A stretch of DNA of 62,829 nt, filler included, from Squatina squatina (GCA_031763465.1; 3 parts of 3 records of this genome joined end to end with filler, not necessarily neighbours in it), one strand, 5' to 3'; shown: positions 1-12,971, numbered from the whole stretch's first letter. Made by a program: numbers and translations. The notes: generated from the sequence alone by a model not told the origin.

Positions 1-669
1 TTTGCCAATTTGATCTGTTTTCCTTTAATGAGTCCGATGCTGTTCCCTATTCTCTTGAGAGCTGTCCATGTTATAATTATGGATAATATTCTGCTACGGC
101 TTGTGTTCTTACATCAGAGTTCAGCCGTTTAAGGTTTTGTTTTAGCCACATGCCCTTTTAGGTGCAGGAGGAGGCCATTCAGCCCCTCGAGCCTGTTCTG
201 CCATTCAGTTAGATCATGGCCGATCTGTATCGTAACTCCATCTACCCACCTTGGTTCCATAACCCCAAATACCCTCGCTGAACCAAAATAGCCCAAGGTG
301 CCCATACACTGGCGTCTCCACTGCATCAGGCGAACAGTGTCTGGCAAAAGTTTGGTGCAAGCACACCCGACGCCACTCTCGCATAAAACACGAGGAGGCC
401 AAAATTCCCCAATTTTCTCACCGTTACCCCTCTGAATTTCAGTAACAGGGCAAAAACAAAAAAAAAGGCACTGGGAGGCAGCTATCTTGCCTCCCAGGAA
501 ATTCCCCAGGGGGGTTCCTGAGGCGCAAAGCGGAATTTTGCGACGGGTCAGCGCGACACATCGTCAAAGGGCGCCGACCCCTTACCATCCCCGCTGTGCC
601 CTCGGGAGAAATTCCCACATGGGACGCAGTGGCCGCACTAGTCGGTTGCAGTGATAGCTTTTCTACGCT

Positions 670-885
670 GTAAAGAGAGGCAAGGGAAGAAATAGTGGAG
701 TCTCTGACCATCATTTTCTGGCTACAGATGTGGTGCCAGATGACTGGTAATGTTAGACTTCAATATGATTAAGAAGTTTGCAGATGATACAAAAATTGGC
801 TGTGTGGTTGATAATAAGGAAGAAAACTGTAGAATACAGGAAGATATCGGTGGACTGGTCAGGTGGGCAGAAAAGTGGCAAATAG
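670..885 (+). mobile_element. CR1 LINE reverse transcriptase fragment
   Basis: Encodes KFADDTKIGCVV...QEDIGGLVRWAEKWQ, the RT catalytic motif typical of CR1 ORF2. Confidence 0.75.
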
Positions 886-1989
886 ACCTTGCATGGAAGC
901 AAGCTGAGCTTGCATGAATTCAGCCTGAGCTTCCACTGCAGCACTCAGATGTTGGGTGGAAGCTGTTTGTGCCGCAATGAAAGCTAAGACACCGGCCATC
1001 AGGAGCTGTGTCATGGGTGGGTCCACAAGTGTGCTAATGGAGTTGTCTACCACTTCTGTGTTGGAAAGGATGGGCTCCAAGCTCTGCGCAAAGCCCTGTG
1101 CCAAGTTGGTGACAGACTCCTCCATGCTCCTTGTACACATGCTTTCTGGTAGGCCTCTCAATCCTTGTCCCCTGCTCTGGCTGCAAGCCACTCGTGCCCG
1201 GTGTCTCAGCAAGTGCAGATCTTGCCTCTGTGGTATCCTCTAAATTACACACAGTGTAAGTATCTGAGCTGGTGACTGCGAGTGTGAAATCGATTGATGG
1301 TGCATCTTCATCATCTCTGTCTTCTTGGTGTGCCTCCACTTCCTGGCCAAGTTGCAGTTCTTGGGTGTCTGAAAGGTGAAAGGCACAAGGATAAGGTTGT
1401 GAGGGGATTAGGGGTGAGGTGGCAGAAAATAAGAGGTGCATGCTTCGACCATTGGCTGCTTGTAAATCAGAAGAGATTAAGGGATAGGAGAAGGAGGATT
1501 AGGTATGAGGATACCATCGACTTTGATGGTTTCAGCCCCACTGCTGGCCATGGCCTCAACAACGGCCAATACAATAATGGCCAGTACTATCTCCTCTATG
1601 GGGTTAGGACATGCAGGCGTGCCTGTCCCCCGCTGGTTAGGTCCTGCTGCTTACGGTTGTGTGCCACTTTGTTCTGCAAGAGAGAGGGAAGTGTGTCAAT
1701 GAATGTAGTGCAATCTGTTTGGGTGATGTGCCTGTCATGCTGAATAGCTGGTAGTGTGTGAAAGCTGTAAGATTTGGGTGTGAGGTTTACAGCAGTGCTA
1801 AGTGTGTGAGGGTGAAGTGAAGCCATGAATGTTAGGTATGAGTCATGATTGATAGAGATTGTTGGTAGGTGTGTGATGGGGGTGCAGTGCATTGAACAGT
1901 GTGTGAGGCCCGTGGTGTAGTTGGTGGGATACGGCATTTGAAAATACATTCACTGACCTTGGCCACTCATGTGAGTTCATTGAACTGCT
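886..1989 (-). mobile_element. Degenerate, intron-containing Harbinger/PIF transposon ORF2 (Myb/SANT-like DNA-binding protein) remnant
   Basis: Spliced minus-strand pieces: QFNELT*VAK|gtcagt (1989-1958), then cag|NKVAHNRKQQDLTSGGQARLHVLTP(frameshift)IEEIVLAII (1673-1515), then an acidic and coiled-coil exon. Resembles the Harbinger Myb/SANT pattern KFNDL...NRRE..TGGG...LT..EE. Contains a stop and a frameshift. Confidence 0.6.
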
Positions 1990-2089
1990 NNNNNNNNNNN
2001 NNNNNNNNNNNNNNNNNNNNNNNNNNNNNNNNNNNNNNNNNNNNNNNNNNNNNNNNNNNNNNNNNNNNNNNNNNNNNNNNNNNNNNNNN

Positions 2090-2672
2090 GTTGGCATGGC
2101 TGAGGTATTAAATGAGTACTTTGCATCTGTCTTCACTCGAGAAGAGGGTGCTGCCAAAGCAGCAGTAAAGGTGGAGGTAGTAGTGATATTGGATAGGATA
2201 AAAGTAAATAGAGGTGGTACTTAAAAGATTGGCAGTCCTTAAAGTAAAAAAAAAAAATCACCCATTCTGGTTTGGTTACTGAGGGAAGTAAGGGTTGAAA
2301 TTGTGGCGGCTCTACCCACAGTCTTCCAATTCTCCTTCGATATGGGGGTGATGCCAGATGACTGAAAGATTTCAAATGTTACACCCCTGTTCATAAAAAG
2401 GGGGAAAGGGATAAGCCCAGCAACTACAGGCCAGTCAGATTCACATCACTGTGGGGAAACTTTGAGACAATAATCCGGGACAAAATGAATTGTCATTTGG
2501 AAAAGTGTGGGCCAATAATGAAAGTCAGCATGGATTTGTTAAAGGCAAATCGTGTTTGACTAACTTGATTGAGTTCTTTGGAGTAACTGAGAGGGTTGAT
2601 GAGGGAAGTGCGGTTGATGTGTATATGGACTTTCAGAAGGTGTTTGACAAAGTACTACACAATAGACTTGTT
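2090..2672 (+). mobile_element. CR1 LINE ORF2 fragment (degenerate)
   Basis: EVLNEYFASVFT...SQHGFVKGKSCLTNLIEFF...YMDFQKVFDKV, with frameshifts. Confidence 0.85.
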
Positions 2673-2836
2673 ATAATACCAAGGTTTAACCATACTGAGT
2701 GTCAGTGTTTTAGGTTTGAAGGTATGTTGCACTGTAATCATTTTCTGAAGATTTGGAGAAAATTTGTTTCTTAATATGTGACTGGGATTCTTGACATTGT
2801 GATTATATAACTTGGAACTGTATATTTATTCTACAG

Positions 2837-2912
2837 AACAAAGTTTCCTGGATGTCTTATGTGAGTGTCATCTCCATTCTTGGTGTAATAGCATCATTCT
2901 GCATTGGTCCAG
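2837..2912 (+). CDS. SLC2A9: GLUT9-type sugar/urate transporter, internal exon (76 bp)
   Basis: ag|NKVSWMSYVSVISILGVIASFCIGP+g|gt. Resembles recalled GLUT9 [22 protein letters not shown]. Not in the ORF track. Confidence 0.8.
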
Positions 2913-4964
2913 GTAAAGTTTAAAGTAATATTATAAAAGTTACTGCGTATATTTTCTGTATTTTTATTAATTTTCCACTTGGTTTTCAGTGAGTCTTTAT
3001 CATCTTGGATTTTCATTAAAATATCAAAACTGCACTGATTTGAAATGTTCCTCTGACTGCAAAATCACAATCCCCCAAACTCAAAAATAAAATTCAGTGG
3101 CATCAGCAAGCAGTGGAGCGACACTGAAATAATCGCATCCCCTATATCGGTACAGCGATGAAGCCACACAGTTGTTGAAGCTTATTTTCCTTAGCTACAC
3201 CCCCGGCCCGGTCTCCAGCACTATCCTCTGTCCAGTTCCAGAGTTGGTAAAAGATAGCAACTCCATCAACCCAAGGACCATTGTTTTTGTCACCTCCTAT
3301 TACCTGTGATAGATGTGGTGAATACAGCTGTTGCACATTAAACCTGAAAGGCCTCAGCAGAGTGTCTNNNNNNNNNNNNNNNNNNNNNNNNNNNNNNNNN
3401 NNNNNNNNNNNNNNNNNNNNNNNNNNNNNNNNNNNNNNNNNNNNNNNNNNNNNNNNNNNNNNNNNNNGAGAGACATGCCATGAGAGACAAATAGTGCTTC
3501 CACAACTGTGGGAGATTGAAATGCTTTATTAAAAACTGGAAGCCCTTTTACAGTATGAAGGTGAGCCACTGAATAGTAGTGTCACTTTATCATTTTATTG
3601 TTAAATGCATGGGTTTCTGAAAAAGTGTTTTTGTCTCACATCCTCATCTGCTCAAAATCATGGAAAATGAAAGTGATAACATGGTCTGATCTGACTTAGG
3701 ATCAGCTGTTCAATATGAAGTCATCAAACCCTCAAGTTTTCCCTCGTCACCACGTGTTATTTCACCAGAGTGAATTTACATTGACAAACTGATCATCTTC
3801 ACTGACCCACAAACAGTTTGGGAAGAAAAACAACTTCACAATCAACTGCAGTTCTCTGGTATTACTATTACTATTACAGATATCTTTTGAAATTTGAGCT
3901 GCCAGGAATGGGTCAGGGCAGAAGTACAACAGCTGAGGTACCAAATTTTCATATTTAGAATAGAGATTTGAGTTTTTCATTCCAATCTAGGGCCACTAAA
4001 TTCTGTTACTTTTATTTTTTTCGGGGGAGGGTAGTGGCGGTGGGTATTTGGCGTTAAAAGTGTATAGTTCCAGTGTAGTGGATCCAAATTTGGGATGTAC
4101 ACTTTTAAACAGCGCACACATAGTTCAGCCCTGGTAAAAGTTGGACACAAGCCCTCTACGCCTGGACTAACCTCAGAACTGTCAGAGATTGGAGCCCTAC
4201 CCCACTCTGACTGTAGAGTTTTGAAACAAAGTGCCAGACACATGACCAAACAGCCCTCATCCACAATAAAGGACAGTCAAGAAGCTAATGAGTAAATGCG
4301 GAAAATAGTCACATAAGTGAACAGAGACACTTGGGGGGAGAAATTCAGCTCCGGTTTCGCCCTGTTAGCGCCTCCCAGGGGCGCTAATGGGGCGAAACAG
4401 GACAAAATGGTGCCGGGAGGCGGCCATCTCGCCTCCCAGGGGAACCACCTGAGGCGCCTTTGCGCCTNNNNNNNNNNNNNNNNNNNNNNNNNNNNNNNNN
4501 NNNNNNNNNNNNNNNNNNNNNNNNNNNNNNNNNNNNNNNNNNNNNNNNNNNNNNNNNNNNNNNNNNNTGGAATAGTCACGATTTTTTCTGAGAGTCAGAA
4601 TAGTTTGTACTTAAAGGGACAGCTCTATTAGGGTGCTAAAATCACACCTATTGGCCCCATATAGCCACCAGCTGTAAACTGCCAATTGGGCGCCCATGGA
4701 ATCTCTGCTCCACAGTTTTGGGAGGTGCGAATATGCGATTGGATCTTTGCAAAGTTGCCATTTATTGATAAAAATATAATTATTTATGTATGCATCTGAG
4801 AAATTAAAAGTTTTCAAAAATCTTTCTTATTAATGTTTACTTTAAAATCAATTTGTATCTAAAATTGTGATTCCATGCAAAGCAAATCTTATTTTGCAGT
4901 ATTTCATTTTAAACTGTAACAATCTTCATCCCCTTACTTATTAACTTCTTATTTTTTTACACAG

Positions 4965-5231
4965 CGTAACTTGGGATCCTTCTGTTTCTTGCTGTTTGCT
5001 GCAATTTGTATATTAGGGTCAATATATCTCTACATTGTCTTACCTGAAACCAAAAACAAAACCTTTGCACAAATATACCAATCATTTGCCAAAATCAACA
5101 AGGTAGCTGAGCACGAAACCGAGCCGACTGCAGCATTGGAGAATGAACTACAACTCAGAATGAATCCTTCAGATGATGTAATGAAGAACAAAGCAAATCG
5201 GGACTCTGACAACGTTGAGAGTATTCCATAA
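4965..5231 (+). CDS. SLC2A9: GLUT9-type transporter, last coding exon
   Basis: Polypyrimidine tract plus cag|[15 protein letters not shown]...[10 protein letters not shown]...*. PETK is the MFS sugar-porter motif. Lies tail-to-tail with DRD5, as in other vertebrates. Confidence 0.85.
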   Translation, partial: RNLGSFCFLLFAAICILGSIYLYIVLPETKNKTFAQIYQSFAKINKVAEHETEPTAALENELQLRMNPSDDVMKNKANRDSDNVESIP

Positions 5232-5813
5232 CAGATAACCAACAAATCTTTCTCATTTACTGTCATTACACGTTTGCATTACTTGTTACAGTGTTTTGAA
5301 TCTTTGCAAAGTTGCCATTTGTTGATAAAAATATAATTATTTATGTATGCATCTGAGCAATTAAAAGTTTTCAAAAATCTTTCTTATTAATGTTTACTTT
5401 AAAATCAATTTGTATCTAAAATTGTGATTACATGCAAAGCANNNNNNNNNNTTTGCAATTTCACTACGATAGCAAAACGAGGAAATCTATCCCACTATAG
5501 GCCTGAATGAAAGGAAAATGGATACATTCACTAATCTCCACTGTGTTGGAATAAATTGCTTCATGATCCTAATATATTAATCTATCTGACTCAAAATAAA
5601 CAGGACAATTCTTGAACTACATGCTTCTGGAGAAATATTATTGCCATCATCTCTTGCCTCCTTTTTTAATTTGTTCAGAAAAGATCTAGGGCGCCCAATT
5701 GGTCCTTCAGCGCNNNNNNNNNNNNNNNNNNNNNNNNNNNNNNNNNNNNNNNNNNNNNNNNNNNNNNNNNNNNNNNNNNNNNNNNNNNNNNNNNNNNNNN
5801 NNNNNNNNNNNNN

Positions 5814-6445
5814 TTCTTCTAAACTCTAGAGAATACAGGCCCAGTCGACCCAATCTCTCCTCATACGACAGTCCTGTCATCCCAGGTATCAGTTTGGTGA
5901 ACCTTTGCTGCACTCCCTCTATGGCAAGTGTATCCTTTCTTAAGTAGAGAGACCAAAACTGCACACAATACTCCAGGTGCTGTCTCACCAAGGCCCTGCA
6001 CAACTGCAGTAAGACATCCTTACTTCTGTACTCAAATCCTCTTTTCTTTGGAACAGAGGAGGCTGAGGGGAGACTTAATTGAGGTGTATAAAATGATGAG
6101 GAGCCTAGACAGAGTGGATAGGAAGGACCTATTCCCTTTAGCAGAGAGGTCAAAAACCACGGAACACAGATTTAAAGTAATTGGTAGGAGGTTTAGAGGG
6201 GAGTTGAGGAGAACCTTTTCCACCCAGAAGGTGGTGGGGGTCCGGAACTCACTGGCTGAGAGTGTGGTAGAGGCAGAAACCCTCACAGTATTTAAGAAGT
6301 ACTTGGATGTGCACCTGAACTGCCGTAACCTACAGTTCTATGGGCCAAGAGCTGGAAAGTGGGGTTAGGCTGGATAGCTCTTTGTCGGCCGGCATGGACA
6401 TGATGGGCCAAATGGCCTCCTTCTGTGCTGTAAATTTTTATGATT
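5814..6445. mobile_element. Two CR1 LINE 3' fragments in opposite orientations (minus 5814-6040, plus 6040-6445)
   Basis: Minus strand: LEYCVQFWSLY...QRFTKLIPGM. Plus strand: LFSLEQRRLRGDLIEVYK...VWNSL-like motif and CR1 3' tail. Confidence 0.85.
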
Positions 6446-7228
6446 GTATGGTTGGGACAGGCAGGTGCACATACCCCTTGCTAATGCGGTGCCCTCCCAT
6501 TGACCCCATAAACAGTGGAGAGGTCAGTGCAAGAGGGCAGCACTGGGTACACTCCCAGCATAACTGCTGGGATCATCACCCAAGGAATATCGGATCAAAG
6601 CCTTGAGAAACGTGGATCAGGAAGAAACTGGTAGGGGAGGGGGGAAGAAGTGAAGGAGTTAAGATTACACAGCAGGCAGGTATTGACAAAGGTATATGAA
6701 AAATCTGAAACTGCCAGCAGATTCAATAATTAATTATGTGGACAGAGAGTGCATGGTGGAGATAAGACAAATTGCATAGGTCTCGGTTTACAAAAGGCGA
6801 AAGTGAGCCAGATTATGGAGAAAGTGGACTATAAATTGAAGAGCCTGACTGAGCTTTCCATGCGGGATTGAGCAATGTCAATGATAGGCAACTGACACAA
6901 AGAAGAGTTAAGCTTGTGAAGCCAACCCTTAAAAGAATATGGTCGCCTGAAACGTGAAACTTTAATCCTCAGTGGTTAAACTTTTCAAGATGGTAGGCAA
7001 AGCCTTTTGGGGAAATAAAGGCAAAAAGCACAGCAGATAAAGGAAGGGGAGATGTAAAAGCATTCTTTATATTCACTGTACTCCAGACTGAAATAAAATT
7101 GACCTAGCAATAAACAACATTTTCTTCTAATATGATATTTGAAACCATTCTTGTGGTATAAATTAAAATACTTAATGCAATTCAATACAATACGTATTCC
7201 CTTCAGCTACAAACCTCACTTTATACTT

Positions 7229-7405
7229 GAGCCCTGATTTTAACCTAACCCATTCAGCGAGGTTGAGGCAGGTTGGGGTCAAATGTCCATTTTACACCCG
7301 CCTAAGTTTTATGTTCCATTGAAGTCAGTGAACGTAAAATCGGGCGGGTGTAAAACAGGCACCTGACCCAGTTCCTGCCGGGCAGGTTAGATTAAAATCG
7401 GGTTC
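7229..7405. mobile_element. Palindromic MITE-like element (about 177 bp)
   Basis: Terminal inverted repeats gagccctgattttaacctaacc / ggttagattaaaatcgggttc and inner arms ttttacacccgcc / ggcgggtgtaaaa. A related partial copy lies at about 28480-28595. Confidence 0.6.
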
Positions 7406-10400
7406 AATGGTTCTCTCTGACCAGTGTGTTAACTTTTCTCTTCAGTGGTTCAAAACCAATAAGGAACTCAGGGGGCGGANNNNNNNNNNNNNNNNNNNNN
7501 NNNNNNNNNNNNNNNNNNNNNNNNNNNNNNNNNNNNNNNNNNNNNNNNNNNNNNNNNNNNNNNNNNNNNNNNNNNNNNNGTTTTATTACTTAAGCTCTGG
7601 ATAAATACTCCAAACAGCAAATAAACTTTACAGAGATGGGACAGTACTTGGGTCAAAACCACAGTATAATTTTAAAAAATTAAAACATTGTGACCAAAAA
7701 TCTACCATGAGATAACCAAAACTAGCTGCGTACATCAAGTAAGAACAGAATTGAGGTTTGGCTCTAATGCTTTCTGCGCTGTTGAATAGGCTACTAACTC
7801 TCGTTGTCAAGGCTCAAACATAAAGATTAGGCACTTAGGTGGGTATTGGAGGCCAACACATGGGATGGTTTCCAGCAAGATCAATGCCTTGACGGGAAAA
7901 TGAGTGAAAATTATATTAAATCCTGGACTGGAGTAAAAGTTCAGACTTATAGGAGAATTTCTGTTTGGTGCTTGCTTCTATTTTTTGGCTTTGTTTAATC
8001 TCCAGTACTGCCTGTATGAACTGCACAGCTTGCAGTTTAACATAGTTCCTATTTTTAGGTTCTGTTTTTCATTTGGATTAACAATGCTGTGATTTAGCAC
8101 TTCATTTTTTTTAAAGAGGCCCATTGTTTTGAAACAGCTAGTGATTGTGAAATGATTTTTACAATTCAATCAACTTCTGACAGTTCATTTCCTCATGTGC
8201 TTCAGATCTTCTCTTCCAGGTCAGCAGGTCATATGACCTGACCTAATCCAACCAATGTTTTAGTGGTTCTGGAACACATTCATGGCAACATCCTGGACAG
8301 AATGGGAAAGTTCATCTTGAATCAAGTTTTAGGAGGTATCCACGGTACAGCAGAAAGGGTATAGATTCCTTCCATTGATTGATGCCATCATAAGAGGTTT
8401 GTTAATCAGTGTTTTCTGAGAGGTTAGCCCAGTTAGGTATGTACAGGGCTCCCAACATAAGCACAGATAACAAGAAATTATTTCACTTTTTTTAACCCAA
8501 AATATCTCTTTGACAAAAAGGCAGATCTTTGTATTTTGAATGGAATGTGTACTTTCCCTTTTCGACTCTTTTATTATCATATTTATGCGCAGAATACCCC
8601 AGTGAGTTTGGAAATATCGATATTACTTTAAAAGAGTGCTTTTCTTGAAAGTGCTCGGAAATGAAAGTATATTCTCAGAGTTAATACTCAGTCTTGACCT
8701 AACAGATTTGTTTGCTCTTCAAATATGCCAAATCCATACATACAATAAAAAATAATTGAAGAGCTGCATAGTCATTACATAACAATTTTAAATTTATTCT
8801 GGGTGTCAGGTGATTTTGCCTTGGGCAATGAAAAGCTTCAGATTAAAACCAAACATTTCTGCTCTTGCACTATTTTTATACAAAGATAATGCACAAATCC
8901 TACATTAAGGGACATAAAGTTGAAACATTAGCTCATTCCTATTAGCTAGTTTGATTTTTCTGGGTCAGATTGATATTTGCGACCAACAGGCTTCAATTTC
9001 TATTATAGTAATACCAAATTGTAAAATTCTTTGATGTGCCAGTTTTCTATTTTAAATACAAATTGGATTTAAGATAAGAAATTAAGTACTAATTAGGAAG
9101 CCCTAATTAATAAAAAGAACAAACAATGCATCATTATAATTTCTCCTTTGTTGCACTGCATTTTTCACTTTAAGGCTCTTAAATACAGTCAAATTAGAGA
9201 TTAGTGCAATTCACTGTACATTATGCATCCTATTTAAGTTATAATGCGTGGGTGTGCATGACTTGAGATTTCTGAGGAACTGTGATTGATGCTCATGCTG
9301 ATAGATGAAAGAGTTGAAATCTTCAATAGCCTAAAGTTATCACACTTAGGCATTCCTTACATAATCGGTAATATTTTAACAATTTCATTTTAGGGAAGCG
9401 TTTTTTATTATTTTTCTCTTACCATGCACTTCAATTTATTAGTTCATTTTTTTTACAACACCAGCTTGTGCCTATGTAGAGCCTTTAATGTAGAAAATGT
9501 CCACAGTGCTTTGCAGAGGGNNNNNNNNNNNNNNNNNNNNNNNNNNNNNNNNNNNNNNNNNNNNNNNNNNNNNNNNNNNNNNNNNNNNNNNNNNNNNNNN
9601 NNNNNNNNNNNNNNNNNNNNAATATATTTTAAGTGTACGTGTATTTTTGGGGGTATTCCCTTTCATATTTACGGCGATTCCGTACAAACGGAACAAACCA
9701 TAAGTATGAATGGGAATACCTCTACTTTGATTGGTTGGGCCCACCCACTTGATCCCAGGGGCACTTTTTAAATGCCTGCGCTCCTGGGAGACGTGAGCCT
9801 CGACACAGCCCTACGCATAGAGGCCCAGGACCGCAAGTCTCCAAACCTCCCGACCACCAGATAAGTTTGTAGATTTATTTCAGGTCCGCAGGAAGCCTCT
9901 GACCGCAATTTCTGCACCAGAATATTATAAAGAATTGCCCTAATATGTTTTCTTTCGATTGAGAAGTGAGCAACCCATCTCTCTTTTACAGGAGATCGAT
10001 GCATATTGAATGAGGTGTCTAGCCCTCGGTGTTGCAATTGTTTTACTAACATCTGAGAAAACTTTACTATAACAAGGAAAGAGCAGGGAAGTGGGACTAA
10101 TTGGATAGCTCTGACAAAGAGCCAGCACAGGCATGATGGGCCGAATGGCCTCCTTCTATGCTGTATGATTCTATGAACAAAGATTATTTCTTGATGTCGC
10201 ACACAATGACAGATAAGGGGAAATGTGATGGTATTGCTAACCATATTAAAATACTGATTTAAAAATGAAACATATTAATCAATTTTATTCCCAGCAAGTA
10301 TACAAAGCAGTGTTCCAAACCTTAGAAAACACAGACTGAAAAATTCACTGTGCTCACTCCTGTCACACAAGAGAATGCATGTCATAGCGTTGTGCATTCC

Positions 10401-10589
10401 CATCCCACAGATTNNNNNNNNNNAAGGGCACAAAACCATGAGCTCAGAATGTGCAATTTTGTAATATGCACTCTTGGCATGCGCCAGGAGAAGGTGCAGT
10501 GCATAGTGTATAATTACAAAATATTAGATATTACCCCCATGTGTATGGCTCCCTGAGCCTTACAGACCTTAGGCAGTAAGTAACTGTGC

Positions 10590-10900
10590 AAGACAGAACA
10601 GAAGGTCTAAGTTTGAATTACTGATCTGTGCTGAGTTAGAGTGGCAGAAGGGATGATTCCATTAATCTCAGCACCCGAGAAGATCTTTTGCTCCCTCTCC
10701 TGGTTGATATTCAGTGACTTTCACTGGAAAGTGTGCGTGTATGAACATGGGGTAAGGATGGGATTAGGCTCAGACCTCCTCCCCTTGCCCATTGAATAGC
10801 CTGTGCACATTCACCGTGCGGGCTCACACATGAGGAATGGCCCTTGGACAGGGTACTTACAGGGCTACTGGTACACATCAAACCATACCCACGGTCATCG
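10590..10900 (+). mobile_element. SINE-like dispersed repeat
   Basis: Shares the block ggctcac(a)c(a)tga(a/g)ga.t.gc..cttgg...a(a)c(c)atacc with a second copy at about 17200-17340. Family not assigned. Confidence 0.45.
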
Positions 10901-11669
10901 CCTTGAGGAGGAGAAAAAAATACAAAAAACATGTGTGGCAGATCATCAATCAAATTACATCCGATTTGGTCTAATGAATATTTTATTGGAATAAATTAGT
11001 GAACTGATAATTGTTACAAACTGGATCGCCATCTTGCCAGTGTTCAAAGGTATCTGTAATCACTAAGACATAAAAATTGAAACCCCCTGGACATCATTCT
11101 GACCTGTAGGCGTCTCTGATGTTTAATTAACAACTGAGTGGCACAAGTTTGAAGTTATCCTTTATCTTGAGCCGCAGATTTGGGTAAGGAGAATGGGTCG
11201 GGACGGTTATGGACAGTGTGCCGCTGGTACAGGGCGTCGGACTGTCGAAAGCCTTTGATGCGTCAACCTCTGTGCAAAGAAACGGCCATGAGTGGAATGT
11301 AGAGGACAACGAAACCACAATAGACAATTTAAAAAAAAATGACATCAATTGCCCACGTGTCAGTTAATCCAAATTACCTGAATTTGCAAAAAAAATTGCT
11401 AATTGTTTGAAACGATTTGTGAAAATCAATTTACTTTTTTTCTCCCAGTATTAAAAACTTCTCGCTTGTTTAGGGTTCAGGGCGGTTTTTATAGGTCCCT
11501 GCTAATTACGATCGGGCTGTCACTTGGATCTAGGGAATCTGTTCGTCAAAGAGTCCACAGTCGAGTGATTTATTTTGTTGTGAAGCTGTTTGTTTTCCAA
11601 TCCATAGATCGCAATTTACTTTGGGCGAGGTGGGTGGGCATGGAGTCGCCTACACGGACTCAGATTTTA

Positions 11670-12971
11670 TTAATGCAAACCATTCGGGGTAAAGGGCATG
11701 ATTCTATCTAAGGACACGTCGGCTTCGCAATCGATCTAATAAACCGAATCTGTGGCCATTTCGTTGGTGGCCGAGATCTGGGACATCCTGTCGAAGATCT
11801 GGTTGTCGTCGATGCAGTCCACCACGTTGGGGATCATGTTGACATAAGCGGTCACGATCTCCTTGTGGAAGGCCGTGTCCTGGTTGTAGGACACCAGCTC
11901 GTTGCTTATGTTGACCGTCTCCACCTGGTTGCCGGAGCAAAAGTTGCGGCAGCCCAGGAGGCTGGCGAAAGCCTTGCGAAACTCCGCGTTGAAAGCGTAG
12001 ACCACCGGGTTGAGGGTGGAGTTGGCCCAGCCGAACCAGACGAAAATATCGAAGGTGGTCTCGCTGACACAGGGCAACCTGGAGGCGGAGGTCTGGGAGC
12101 TGCGGTCGCAGAAAGGGACCATGCAGTTCAGGATGAAGAAAGGCAGCCAGCAGCAAACGAAAACCCCCATGATGATGGACAGGGTCTTGAGCACCTTGGT
12201 CTCCTTCTTGAAGGAGCTCTTCAAGCTGCTGTGGTGCTGAAGTTGCTCCTGCTGCTGCTGAGAGTCCCGTTTCCTCCTGTGGCAGCTCTGCGCGTGCTCG
12301 GCGGCTCTCTCCAGCGAGGCGATCCGCCGGATCTGGATCTGAGCGATCCTGTAGATGCGGGTGTAAGTGACCAACATGATGGCCACGGGGATGTAGAAAC
12401 TGACCAGCGACGACGAGATGGCGTAAGTCCTGTTCAGGCTGGAGTCGCAGCTCTCGGACGGAGCCGCCGCTTCGGGCTCGGCCGTGTGCCAGTTGAGCTG
12501 CACTGGGATGAAGGATATGAGAACGGACAGTGCCCAGGTCACCCCGAGCATCACCACAGCCAGCCGGCGGGTCATCTTGCGCTCGTAGCGGAAAGGGCTG
12601 GAGATCGCCCAGTACCGGTCCACGCTGATCACACACAGGTTCAGGATGGACGCCGTCGAGCACATGATGTCGAAAGCCACCCAAACCTTGCAGAACGCCC
12701 CGAAAGGCCAGTAGCCGGCCACCTCCGCCACCGCTTTCCAGGGCATCACCAGCACGGCCACCAAGAGGTCCGAGACCGCCAGGGAGATGATGAAGATATT
12801 GGTGACTTTGGTTCGAAGGTGGCGAAACCTGACCACGGCGGCACAGACCAGAGCATTCCCGAACAATGTAAAAAGGATTAACAAGGAGAGCAGGGACCCA
12901 GTCAGGACGCGAGTCACCAGCTCCTTCGGGGCACTTGTTGGCCCCTCGCTGAGCGTCCCGTTCGGCATCAT
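11670..12971 (-). CDS. DRD5: D1-like dopamine receptor D5 (D1B), intronless; in-frame TAG at 11736-11738
   Basis: Seven TM segments, [28 protein letters not shown], and the D5-type tail VNMIPNVV...(*)[21 protein letters not shown]. Lies between SLC2A9 and OTOP1. Confidence 0.9.
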
